Source: Verrucomicrobiia bacterium (lineage in GTDB: Bacteria; Verrucomicrobiota; Verrucomicrobiia; Limisphaerales; JAKPVM01). From it: a stretch of 64,000 nt of DNA. The stretch is from NCBI GenBank assembly GCA_049968335.1, contig JBMFQZ010000009.1:54295-118294 (forward strand). Reading direction: 5' to 3'. Under the pieces are notes generated by a model, which was not told the origin of the DNA, searched no databases, and saw nothing but the letters and a program-made list of their open reading frames with translations. Shown in pieces: positions 28,564 through 36,808 of this stretch. The position numbers and the translations under genes are program-made. The stretch's first letter is position 1. Each line of letters starts with the position of its first letter.

Positions 28564-29428
28564 ATAACCCTTTTAAAAAGGAAAAGACTAACTCCGGCAG
28601 TTCTTTGCTATAACCGCCTTCAAGCGCGCAAAAAATCGGAATGCCGGTTTTACTCAATTGACGCCCGAGCCAGTAGTAATCTTCAATGATAAGGGATTGA
28701 GTTGCCAGCGTGTCTTTTTCAAAGGCGTCAAAACCGGCGGAGACTCCAATTATAGTTGGTTTGAATTTTAATAAGTCTTCCAGAGCCTTGCCGAGCGCTG
28801 AAAGATAATCATTTCTTGGACTATTTGGTGCAACAGGATAGTTAAAACAATTGTTGCCGGCGTTCTCCCCGCCGGTTCCAGGATAATGCGGATATTCATG
28901 AATGGAATAAAAGGCAATTTGCGGATGATTTAAAACAATCTCTTCGGTGCCGTTTCCGTGATGCACATCAAAATCATAGATAGCTACTTTGCAGTCTGGA
29001 TATCTTTCTGTTAAATAAAGAGCGGCTGCCGCGATGTTGTTAAAATAACAAAATCCCATTGCTTGCGACTTTGTCGCGTGATGCCCTGGTGGTCTAAGAA
29101 GACTGAATGATGTCTCGCCTTTCATAGCAGTTTCCGCGGCCTTTATAGCCCCGTCAACCGCGCGCAGGGCATATTCATATATGTTTGGATACGCAGGCGT
29201 GTCAGAATCAAAATCGCCCTTTGGATTTTTTACCGCTTCAATCAACTCAGGTGTGTGTGTTTTTAAAAGAATTGAATCTTCAGGAAACGCGGCTGGCTCC
29301 CACTCTATATTTATCTCACATTGATTTTTTAATTTCTCTATTGTTTTAAGCACCCGTTCAGGCCGTTCAGGATGTCTTTTCTGATAATATTCCCCGCACT
29401 TCTCATCCGTGATTATCTTAATCGCCAT
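28550..29428 (-). CDS. histone deacetylase-family (arginase-fold) deacetylase/amidohydrolase
   Basis: 292 aa with RPPGHHA, DFDVHHGNGT and GFD blocks. Its 3' end overlaps the sulfatase start by 14 nt. Confidence 0.85.
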   Translation of the reverse strand: MAIKIITDEKCGEYYQKRHPERPERVLKTIEKLKNQCEINIEWEPAAFPEDSILLKTHTPELIEAVKNPKGDFDSDTPAYPNIYEYALRAVDGAIKAAETAMKGETSFSLLRPPGHHATKSQAMGFCYFNNIAAAALYLTERYPDCKVAIYDFDVHHGNGTEEIVLNHPQIAFYSIHEYPHYPGTGGENAGNNCFNYPVAPNSPRNDYLSALGKALEDLLKFKPTIIGVSAGFDAFEKDTLATQSLIIEDYYWLGRQLSKTGIPIFCALEGGYSKELPELVFSFLKGLYEKN

Positions 29429-29566
29429 AGCCTTTTACTTTTTCATATTGTATGATTGAATTTTTAATCTTTTACCCAGCGCAATATTTTTCGGCACTTC
29501 ATTTCCATTTTTAGAATTATTAAAAACAAATTTAAATATAAATCATTCAATTGCCAAATTTTTTAT

Positions 29567-29811
29567 TCAAAATCCCGAACGTTGATTGTTGGACTGCGGG
29601 TTGATTTTAAATACGGCGAAAAAGAACTGTATTTTTCAAAAGAACGCGTTCCAGCGGAATCGTTAACCGGAATTGCCATTCCAGTTAAGAATTCTCCCAA
29701 AATATTTTAACAGTTATAATTTTACACGAAATTGCAATTTTCATTAGTTTGTTAAGAAGTCTGAATAGAACTCTTATTTTGACTTCTCTTCTTCATAATG
29801 TTAGTTTCACT
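29567..29811 (+). repeat. non-coding repeat family 1, copy C (more diverged)
   Basis: ttcaaaatcccgaacgttga..gggttgattttaaatacggcgaaaaagaactgtattttt aligns with the cores of copies A and B. The 3' gtttcact (29804-29811) matches the B 3' block. It also contains a ggactgcgg fragment of repeat family 2. Confidence 0.45.
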
Positions 29812-29830
29812 TTATAAACTTTTAAAATTT

Positions 29831-30307
29831 ATGCCAGAAAGAGACATCCGCCCGGAACGAAAGGCTGTTTATTATGCTGGAATGACAATAACAGCGCTTG
29901 GATTTTTAATTTTCATCTCAATTTTTATCACAGCCGCGCTTCATTTTGGAGATTTCAGCAATTTTGAAGGGAGGGCAAAATCAATGGGGTTTCGCGGGAT
30001 TGGCGGAATGATTATGATAATTATTGGAGGGATTTTGATGGGCGTTGGCAGGTTAGGTGTTGCTGGTTCTGGAATCAAATTAGACCCGCAACAGGCGCGA
30101 AAGGATGTAGAGCCATGGGCGCGAATGAGCGGCGGTGTTGTAAAGGATGCGCTGGATGAAGCCGGGATTAAATTTGGTTCAGACAAAAATAGTGATGACC
30201 TGCCATTTGACGAAAAACTTCGCCGTCTCAGTAAATTACGCGATGATGGCGTGATAAATCAGGAAGAGTTTGATTATCTCAAAAAGAGGATAATGGATAG
30301 CGTTTGA
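29831..30307 (+). CDS. membrane protein with C-terminal SHOCT domain
   Basis: Two TM helices (ITALGFLIFISIFITAALHF; GGMIMIIIGGILMGVG) and a C-terminal LSKLRDDGVINQEEFDYLKKRI, the SHOCT signature. The track ORF starts at 29798, but that part overlaps repeat copy C. Confidence 0.65.
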   Translation: MPERDIRPERKAVYYAGMTITALGFLIFISIFITAALHFGDFSNFEGRAKSMGFRGIGGMIMIIIGGILMGVGRLGVAGSGIKLDPQQARKDVEPWARMSGGVVKDALDEAGIKFGSDKNSDDLPFDEKLRRLSKLRDDGVINQEEFDYLKKRIMDSV

Positions 30308-30341
30308 TATGCGATTTGCGAAATAGGTTAAATCAAATCTT

Positions 30342-30387
30342 ACAAAGCGGTGTCGAGACTGCCCCCGCGCTCTTGCCACCGCAGTTT
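30342..30387 (-). repeat. hairpin repeat family 2, copy 2 (inverted orientation)
   Basis: acaaagcggtgtcgagactgcccccgcgctcttgccaccgcagttt is the reverse complement of the pattern ..actgcggtgg..gggggc..gacaccgctttgt seen at 21590. It lies 35 nt after the SHOCT gene stop and is followed by an A/T run. Confidence 0.6.
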
Positions 30388-30566
30388 AAAAAAATGCGCT
30401 TTTTCGAAATGCTCGGAATTCAGTTAAATTCCACAAAATACAAGAATCAATTTGACATAGGTTGGAATTGAAACAAAGTTTATAGAATTAAAGATTTTGT
30501 TTACAGCACCGGAGAGGATAGAAAAATCAACTCTCAGTTTTGAAGGTAAATAGTTTTATTAACGCA

Positions 30567-30965
30567 ATGCAAAAAGTAATTTTATTATTTTTAGGCGGCG
30601 GTTTGGGCACACTCATTCGGTGGGCGGCTTCCGGATTTGTGGCATCGCGCTTTGGAGAATTGTTCCCCTGGGGGACATTGTTCGTAAATGTAACCGGTTC
30701 GTTCGCGATCGGATTTATTGCAACATTGACAGCGCCGGATGGGCGTCTTTTCCTTTCGCCTGAAGCGCGGCAATTTTTGATGTTCGGTCTGCTCGGCGGT
30801 TACACAACATTTTCATCGTTCAGTTTGCAGACGTTAAACCTGATAAATGACGGCGAGGCGCTTTTAGCCATCGGGAATGTACTTCTTTCAGTATTTCTGT
30901 GTCTGGTCGGCGTCTGGCTCGGTCATCTGATTGCATTAAAATTGAATTTGCTGAACTGGTTTTAA
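30567..30965 (+). CDS. crcB: fluoride ion channel CrcB/FluC
   Basis: MQKVILLFLGGGLGTLIRW..., four TM helices, and GGYTTFSSF, the canonical CrcB motifs. The track ORF starts at a TTG (30540). Confidence 0.9.
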   Translation: MQKVILLFLGGGLGTLIRWAASGFVASRFGELFPWGTLFVNVTGSFAIGFIATLTAPDGRLFLSPEARQFLMFGLLGGYTTFSSFSLQTLNLINDGEALLAIGNVLLSVFLCLVGVWLGHLIALKLNLLNWF

Positions 30966-30976
30966 CTTTATAAAAT

Positions 30977-31321
30977 ATGACTATGCAAATACCACAGGAT
31001 GCGCTGCTTCTACGGATTTTTATTGGCGAAAGCGATAAGTATGGAAAGTTGCCACTATACGAGGCAATTGTTTTAAAGGCTCGGGAGATGCATCTTGCAG
31101 GTGCAACTGTTTTAAGGGGACCTACCGGTTTCGGAAAATCCAGCCGCTTGCACACTGCAAAAATATTGAGGCTTTCAATGGATTTGCCGATCGTTATTGA
31201 AATCGTTGATTCCGAAGAAAAAATTAATTCGTTTTTGCCTGAGTTGGAAAAAATGTTTAAAGGCGGATTGATAACCCTTGAAAAAGTAAAGGTGATTAAA
31301 TATAGCTCTGGACAAACATAA
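30977..31321 (+). CDS. DUF190 (PII-like fold) protein commonly paired with crcB
   Basis: 114 aa with LLRIFIGESDKYGKLPLYEAIVLKAREMHLAGATVLRGPTGFG...LPIVIEIVD, the typical DUF190 pattern, starting 11 nt after crcB. Confidence 0.8.
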   Translation: MTMQIPQDALLLRIFIGESDKYGKLPLYEAIVLKAREMHLAGATVLRGPTGFGKSSRLHTAKILRLSMDLPIVIEIVDSEEKINSFLPELEKMFKGGLITLEKVKVIKYSSGQT

Positions 31322-31403
31322 ATTTTGTAAATTAGTTCTCGTATAAGATTGTTTTAATAGATGAAATTAATAAGTTGTGTTTTAAAAAAATCGAACTACC
31401 GCG

Positions 31404-33827
31404 TTAATTGTTCGATTTTCTTTTGTTTTCGAATGTCAGGGCAAGTGGTATAATTTCATCAATCTTTTTAATAAAATATGGTTTGATTTTCTTTTTAATT
31501 TCATCCGGTATATCTTCCCAGTCGCCGCGGTTATCTTCCGGAAGGATAACTCTTTTGATTCCATAACGGGCGGCGGCGAGGACTTTTTCTTTGATGCCGC
31601 CAACTTTTAGAACGCGTCCGCGAAGGCTAATTTCCCCTGTCATTGAGACGTCTGATCTTATAGGTCTTTTAGTAAATAGCGAAGCGAGAGCGGCAATGAT
31701 TGTAACGCCTGCGCTCGGTCCGTCTTTTGGAGTTGCCCCTGCCGGGACGTGGATGTGGATGTCGGTTTTATCATAATCAAGGAATTCAATATTGAGTCTG
31801 GCAGATTGACTTCTCAAATAACTCAAAGCGGTCTGGGCGCTTTCTTTCATAACATCGCCGAGCGAGCCTGTAAGGAGTAATTTTCCGGAGCCGGGCATAC
31901 GGGTTGCTTCTACGAAAAGGACTTCTCCGCCTGTTGGGGTCCATGCCAGTCCGAGGGCAATTCCAATGTCTGTTATCTTTTCTGTTGATTCACTCTTATA
32001 TTCGGGTTGCCCGAGCAGTTGTTTTAAATCCTGGGGGTTGAAAATCAATTTGTCGCCGCCATTGAGCGATATTTTAAGAGCCGCTTTGCGCATAAGGGCA
32101 GCTAGTTCCCGTTCAAGTTGTCTAACGCCAGCCTCGCGGGTGTAATCTGTTATAATCGTTTTTATAGTTGTTGGCAGGATTTTGAGTTGCGACGGTTTAA
32201 GCCCGTGTTCATCAAGCAATCTCGGAATGAGGTGACGGCGCGCGATGAAATATTTTTCCGTTGCGGTGTAGCTCGGGATGTTGAGGATTTCTAACCTGTC
32301 GCGCAACGCAGGATGAACCGGTTCAAGCCAGTTTGCCGTTGTGATGAAAAGAACGCGCGACAGGTCAAACGGGATGTCAAGGTAATGATCAATAAATGCG
32401 GAGTTTTGCTGCGGGTCAAGAACTTCAAGCAGGGCGGACGCCGGGTCACCTCTGAAGTCAGAACCAATCTTGTCAAGTTCATCAAACAGTATAACAGGAT
32501 TTTTAGATTCCACGCGCCGCAGACTTTGAATAATCCTGCCGGGTAATGCCCCGACATAAGTTCTGCGGTGTCCGCGAATTTCCGCTTCATCCCTAACACC
32601 GCCGAGCGATATTCTGACAAATTTGCGTCCCAGAGCGTCTGCAACGCTTTTGCCCAGAGATGTTTTCCCAACCCCCGGTGGACCGACAAGGCAAAGAATC
32701 GGTCCTTTGAGTTCCTGTTTTAATTTCAAAACAGCAAGAAATTCAAGCAGCCTGTCTTTGACTTTTTGCAAGCCATAATGTTGTTCGTTTAGAATTTCAG
32801 CGGCTTTTTTTATGTCGTAATTATCCTGTGTTGTCTGAATCCACGGGAGGCTTAAAATCCAGTCCAGATAATTTTTCGTAACCGCATATTCCGCCATTGC
32901 CGGATTAAGTTGCTGAAGACGCTCAAGTTCTTTCAAAGCCACTTTTCTAGCCTCTTCAGGCAATTGCGTTTTATCAATCCGTTCGCGCAGCTGATTTGCT
33001 TCAGCCGCTAACGGATCTCCCTCGCCAAGTTCTTTCTGGATCGCGCGCAGCTGTTCGCGCAGAAAGTAATCGCGCTGGCTTTTAGACATTGCGCTGGCGA
33101 CTTCGGACGCAATTTTTGAACCTATATTTAATACTTCTATCTCTTTCGCAAGAAGCGGCAACAGTTTTGACAGCCGTTGTTTTACATCCAAAGTTTCAAG
33201 CAGTTGCTGGCGTTCTTGAAGATTTATATTTACATTGGACGCGATTAAATCGGCAAGCCTGCCCGGTTGAGAGGTATTGAGATTTGCCGCTTTTATCTGG
33301 TCTGCAAGAGCCGGGGTTAGTTTTATTATCTCTTGAAATTGTTCCAGCGCCTTGCGCGCCATTGCTTCAAGTTCAATGGATTCTTCAATTTTTTCTTCAA
33401 GATATTCTACCCGCGCTTGTAGATATGGAGATGTAGATTCAAATGCGTCAATCTTAAATCGTTTAACCCCTTCAACAAGAATTCGTACAACCCCCTCCTG
33501 AAGCCTGAGCATTTTGAGAATCTTGCCGGCGCAACCAACACTGTAGAGGTCTTTTGCAGTCGGGTTTTTTGATTCAGGATTCTTTTGCAGCACAAGCCCG
33601 ATCCACCTGTTTCCCGCAACTGCGTCGTCAATCAATTGCGCGCTTTGTTCCGATTCAATTAGCAACGGCGCAACCTGACCGGGAAAAATAACAATATCTT
33701 CAAGACCCAGAAGTGGAAGAATATCAGGCAATGACTTTACCGAACGTTGTTGCTGCTGGTGTGAATCTTCACTCGCAACCCCATCCTGAGTAAATATTTT
33801 TATAAATTCTGTGTCGGATTCATTCAT
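31404..33827 (-). CDS. lon: ATP-dependent Lon protease (LonA)
   Basis: 807 aa with an LON substrate-binding N-domain, Walker A GPPGVGKTS, Walker B ILFDELDK, and the proteolytic Ser context PKDGPSAG. Confidence 0.97.
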   Translation of the reverse strand: MNESDTEFIKIFTQDGVASEDSHQQQQRSVKSLPDILPLLGLEDIVIFPGQVAPLLIESEQSAQLIDDAVAGNRWIGLVLQKNPESKNPTAKDLYSVGCAGKILKMLRLQEGVVRILVEGVKRFKIDAFESTSPYLQARVEYLEEKIEESIELEAMARKALEQFQEIIKLTPALADQIKAANLNTSQPGRLADLIASNVNINLQERQQLLETLDVKQRLSKLLPLLAKEIEVLNIGSKIASEVASAMSKSQRDYFLREQLRAIQKELGEGDPLAAEANQLRERIDKTQLPEEARKVALKELERLQQLNPAMAEYAVTKNYLDWILSLPWIQTTQDNYDIKKAAEILNEQHYGLQKVKDRLLEFLAVLKLKQELKGPILCLVGPPGVGKTSLGKSVADALGRKFVRISLGGVRDEAEIRGHRRTYVGALPGRIIQSLRRVESKNPVILFDELDKIGSDFRGDPASALLEVLDPQQNSAFIDHYLDIPFDLSRVLFITTANWLEPVHPALRDRLEILNIPSYTATEKYFIARRHLIPRLLDEHGLKPSQLKILPTTIKTIITDYTREAGVRQLERELAALMRKAALKISLNGGDKLIFNPQDLKQLLGQPEYKSESTEKITDIGIALGLAWTPTGGEVLFVEATRMPGSGKLLLTGSLGDVMKESAQTALSYLRSQSARLNIEFLDYDKTDIHIHVPAGATPKDGPSAGVTIIAALASLFTKRPIRSDVSMTGEISLRGRVLKVGGIKEKVLAAARYGIKRVILPEDNRGDWEDIPDEIKKKIKPYFIKKIDEIIPLALTFENKRKSNN

Positions 33828-33932
33828 TGTTGTTCCGGGCCTGATATACCCATTTCCTTACAAAGATTATTTTATAAAATATCAATTCCGTCAATAATTT
33901 AGACACCAGGAATTGATAATTTGTTTTAAATT

Positions 33933-34337
33933 TTATTCGCCATTCCGGATAGGAATTTTTACGGAGGAATTTGGATCAATCGGTGGGATATCTATTCTTA
34001 AAAAACCGTTTTGATATAAGGCTTTTGCTTTTGATACATCGTAGCCTGAGGGAATTTCTATAACGCTTTCAAACGGACCATAATTAATTTCCATTAATAT
34101 AAATGAGCATTTGCCGGCGCGGCAACCATCAATTCTTTGTCCTGAGATTTTCAACCGGTTTCCTTCGACGGTAAGTTCAAGGTCCTCGCGCCTCATCCCC
34201 GCCAATTCAACCTTAATCACAAGTCCAGTCTCGGCAATCCAGACATCTGTGTTAGGCACCCAATGCATTTGACCGGCGCTACTATGTTTTTCAGACACCG
34301 AACTTATAAAACTTACTGTTGAATTGGTCTTGATCAT
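33933..34337 (-). CDS. Hsp20/alpha-crystallin small heat-shock protein
   Basis: Alpha-crystallin domain with WVPNTDVWIAETGLVIKVELAGMRREDLELTVEGNRLKISG and a C-terminal GFLRIDIP. The first ATG is at 34337; the track begins at a TTG (34346). Confidence 0.9.
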   Translation of the reverse strand: MIKTNSTVSFISSVSEKHSSAGQMHWVPNTDVWIAETGLVIKVELAGMRREDLELTVEGNRLKISGQRIDGCRAGKCSFILMEINYGPFESVIEIPSGYDVSKAKALYQNGFLRIDIPPIDPNSSVKIPIRNGE

Positions 34338-34411
34338 TTTAAACAACTTTCACAACTCTAACTCATAATTTATATTAATTCAAACGCTCAATCAAAATTT
34401 TCTATTAATTT

Positions 34412-34600
34412 TCACAATTTCATTACTATTTTAGGGCGTTCGCCTTTTTTAACACTATAAGTGATAGAACCTCTTCGCGCAGACGAAACCTCGCAACATT
34501 CAGGAACAAATCCGCGTTTTCGTTTCTTAATAAATTTAACCGCAAGCAGTATTGCCGCCAACGCCACAATAGTTAAAGCAGTTATTTCTTGCCAGTCCAT
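34412..34600 (-). CDS. small single-TM protein with basic and Cys motif (possibly FeoB-associated Cys-rich membrane protein-like)
   Basis: 62 aa: MDWQEITALTIVALAAILLAVKFIKKRKRGFVPECC.... A TM helix followed by a polybasic stretch and Cys resembles that small-protein family. The assignment is weak. Confidence 0.35.
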   Translation of the reverse strand: MDWQEITALTIVALAAILLAVKFIKKRKRGFVPECCEVSSARRGSITYSVKKGERPKIVMKL

Positions 34601-34909
34601 TTTTAAAACAAATTGCTAAAGTATAAAATAATTGCCTTTTGCAATTTCGCAAATGATTTTGCAATAATATAATACATTCCATAGCCGCTGTCATTATCTG
34701 ATTAAATAAAAACTAAAAGGAGATCAGAAATCTTTTAAACATTCGGTCTGTTCGTCAGATATATGAATTAAGCAAAAAAGGCAAAAAATGTAAATAGAAT
34801 GACAAATTATGTTAGGACTATTTAAAGATAAGAATAAATTATGTAGTAGATAGAAAAGAATAAGAAAAAATTAATAATTAAAATAAGAACCACTAATTCC
34901 ACAATGTTT

Positions 34910-35683
34910 ATGAATGCTTATGTGTTAATAAAAATGGCGCCCGACCCTGTGGAAGAATTAAATGTGTCTGACAATGGAAAAGCGCTTGATTCAGAGTTTC
35001 TCAGATTCAAATGCGGCGACCCGGAGGAACATTCTTTAGAGCAGGCTTTATTATTAAAAGAAAGATATGGAGGCAAGGTTACGGTTATTGGACTCGACGC
35101 GCCTGAGATTGACGATGTTTTTTATACCGCTCTAGCAAAAGGGGCTGATAGCGCTGTAAAAATAGCGCTTGACCAGACAAAACTTGGTTCCATAGCCACG
35201 GCGACTGTTTTAGCCTCGTATTTTAAAGAGAAGGTTCAAATTACCGAAGATACTCTGATTATGCCTGGCACTCAATCTATAGACGATATTGAGGGGGAGG
35301 TTGGCGCAATGCTCTCGGAGTTGCTCGGTTTGCCTTACATTGGCGTCGTGAGCGGGTTAAATCTTGAAGGTAGCAAGGCGATTGTCATCAAAGAGTTTCG
35401 CAGCGGCATTCGCGGCGAATACGAGGTTCAACTTCCTGCGGTGCTGGGGATTCAATCGGCAGAAAAACCGCCTCGCTATGTGCCTGTGGCAAAGGTGCGG
35501 GCGGTGATGAAATCGGCAAAGATTGATGTGGTTGATCTGCCGGAGCCTGAAAAGGCGATGGCGCTTGAAATAGAGAGATTGTACAAACCTGAGGTTGCGG
35601 GCAGGGCGCAAATAATAGAAGGCGACGCGCAGGCAGTTGCGGGAAAACTGGCAGATATTTTTGCCGAACGTGGAATTATCTGA
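34910..35683 (+). CDS. etfB: electron transfer flavoprotein beta subunit
   Basis: MNAYVLIKMAPDP... matches the EtfB N-terminal pattern (M..LV.IK.VPD); length is about 257 aa and etfA follows directly. Confidence 0.9.
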   Translation: MNAYVLIKMAPDPVEELNVSDNGKALDSEFLRFKCGDPEEHSLEQALLLKERYGGKVTVIGLDAPEIDDVFYTALAKGADSAVKIALDQTKLGSIATATVLASYFKEKVQITEDTLIMPGTQSIDDIEGEVGAMLSELLGLPYIGVVSGLNLEGSKAIVIKEFRSGIRGEYEVQLPAVLGIQSAEKPPRYVPVAKVRAVMKSAKIDVVDLPEPEKAMALEIERLYKPEVAGRAQIIEGDAQAVAGKLADIFAERGII

Positions 35684-35706
35684 GCTGGAAAAACCATCTA
35701 AAAGTT

Positions 35707-36690
35707 ATGAGCGACCGCGTAAACATAATAGTTTTAATTGAACACCTCAAAGGTTCAATTCCCGAGATATCCTACGAGATGCTCGGAGCAGCAAGAAAGA
35801 TTGCGGATTTATCCGACGGAAAGGTCTATGCCTTTATAGGTGGGAGAGGTGCGAAGGAACTTGCCGCTGGACTTGGCGCCGCGGATACAGCGCTTGTGAT
35901 GGATGATCCGGCGATAGAAAGACTTACCGATGATGTGATTATTGAGGCGCTGCATAAGGCTGCTTTGGAGAAACAAGCGTCGCTGCTGTTTATCGGTTGT
36001 TCAAATATCTCTTTTGGCATCGGAGCAAGGCTTGCCGCGCGAGCCGGGATTCCGTATGTCAACTGGGTAAAAGAGATTAAGCCGCTTGACGGCGGGTTTG
36101 TGTTAACAAGCGCAATGTTTGGCGGAAAGATATTGAGCGATATTTTATTAAAGCAAGGCAAGGGCGTTCTTGGAATTCTATCAGGTTCGTTTCCGCCTGA
36201 TGCTGGCAAGATACAGAGAGAGCCGCTTATAGAAGAGGTAGCAAAACCCGATGTGAAGTCAAAGATCGCGTTTCGTTCATTGATTGAACCAAAAGCCGGA
36301 GATATTGACATAACGCGGATGGATGTGCTCGTTTCGGTTGGAAGAGGAATTCAAACCCCGGACAATATACCGCTTGCCGAAGAACTCGCAAACGCCCTTG
36401 GCGGCGCCGTAAGCGCTTCGCGTCCAGTGGTCGATCAAGGCTGGCTGCCGCTGACTCGACAGGTCGGCAAATCCGGTATGAGTGTTGCCCCAAGACTCTA
36501 TCTTGCTCTTGGAATAAGCGGCGCCCCTGAACATTACGAAGGAATGAAAGGGTCAAAACTTATCGTTGCAATTAATACCGACCCGAAAGCGCCGATTTTT
36601 GATTTCGCCCATTATGGAGCGGTTGTGGATTGCCTTGAACTAATTGAGCCGTTAAAAGAAGAAATCTTAAAACGCAAAGGCGCTAAATAA
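35707..36690 (+). CDS. etfA: electron transfer flavoprotein alpha subunit
   Basis: 327 aa with the C-terminal FAD-binding block VSASRPVVDQGWLPLTRQVGKSGMSVAPRLYLALGISGAPEHYEGMKGSKLIVAINTDPKAPIF, canonical for EtfA. Confidence 0.92.
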   Translation: MSDRVNIIVLIEHLKGSIPEISYEMLGAARKIADLSDGKVYAFIGGRGAKELAAGLGAADTALVMDDPAIERLTDDVIIEALHKAALEKQASLLFIGCSNISFGIGARLAARAGIPYVNWVKEIKPLDGGFVLTSAMFGGKILSDILLKQGKGVLGILSGSFPPDAGKIQREPLIEEVAKPDVKSKIAFRSLIEPKAGDIDITRMDVLVSVGRGIQTPDNIPLAEELANALGGAVSASRPVVDQGWLPLTRQVGKSGMSVAPRLYLALGISGAPEHYEGMKGSKLIVAINTDPKAPIFDFAHYGAVVDCLELIEPLKEEILKRKGAK

Positions 36691-36808
36691 GTTTTTTAAA
36701 ACAATCAGAGAGTGGCGGTTAAATTATTGCGCGGCTAACAAAGTGGTAAGTCGCGCCTGCATTTAGATAAACCCAGGATTTCATTTATGTGAGTTAACTA
36801 TGTGATTT

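Noticed and set aside
30440-30566. Possible fluoride (crcB-motif) riboswitch upstream of crcB
   Set aside because: The hairpin ggagag-gatagaaaaatcaa-ctctc is present, but I could not find the conserved GAUG...AAACYGCC...CUGAUGA elements or the pseudoknot partners. A covariance-model scan would be decisive.
34381-34420. Possible inverted (minus-orientation) fourth copy of the repeat family 1 core
   Set aside because: There are only scattered short matches (ttctatt, ttcac, atttca) and no colinear alignment over the core.
35826-36556. Minus-strand ORFs (161, 109 and 85 aa) inside etfA
   Set aside because: They are antisense to a canonical EtfA coding sequence, with Ser/Ala/Pro-rich shadow-frame composition.
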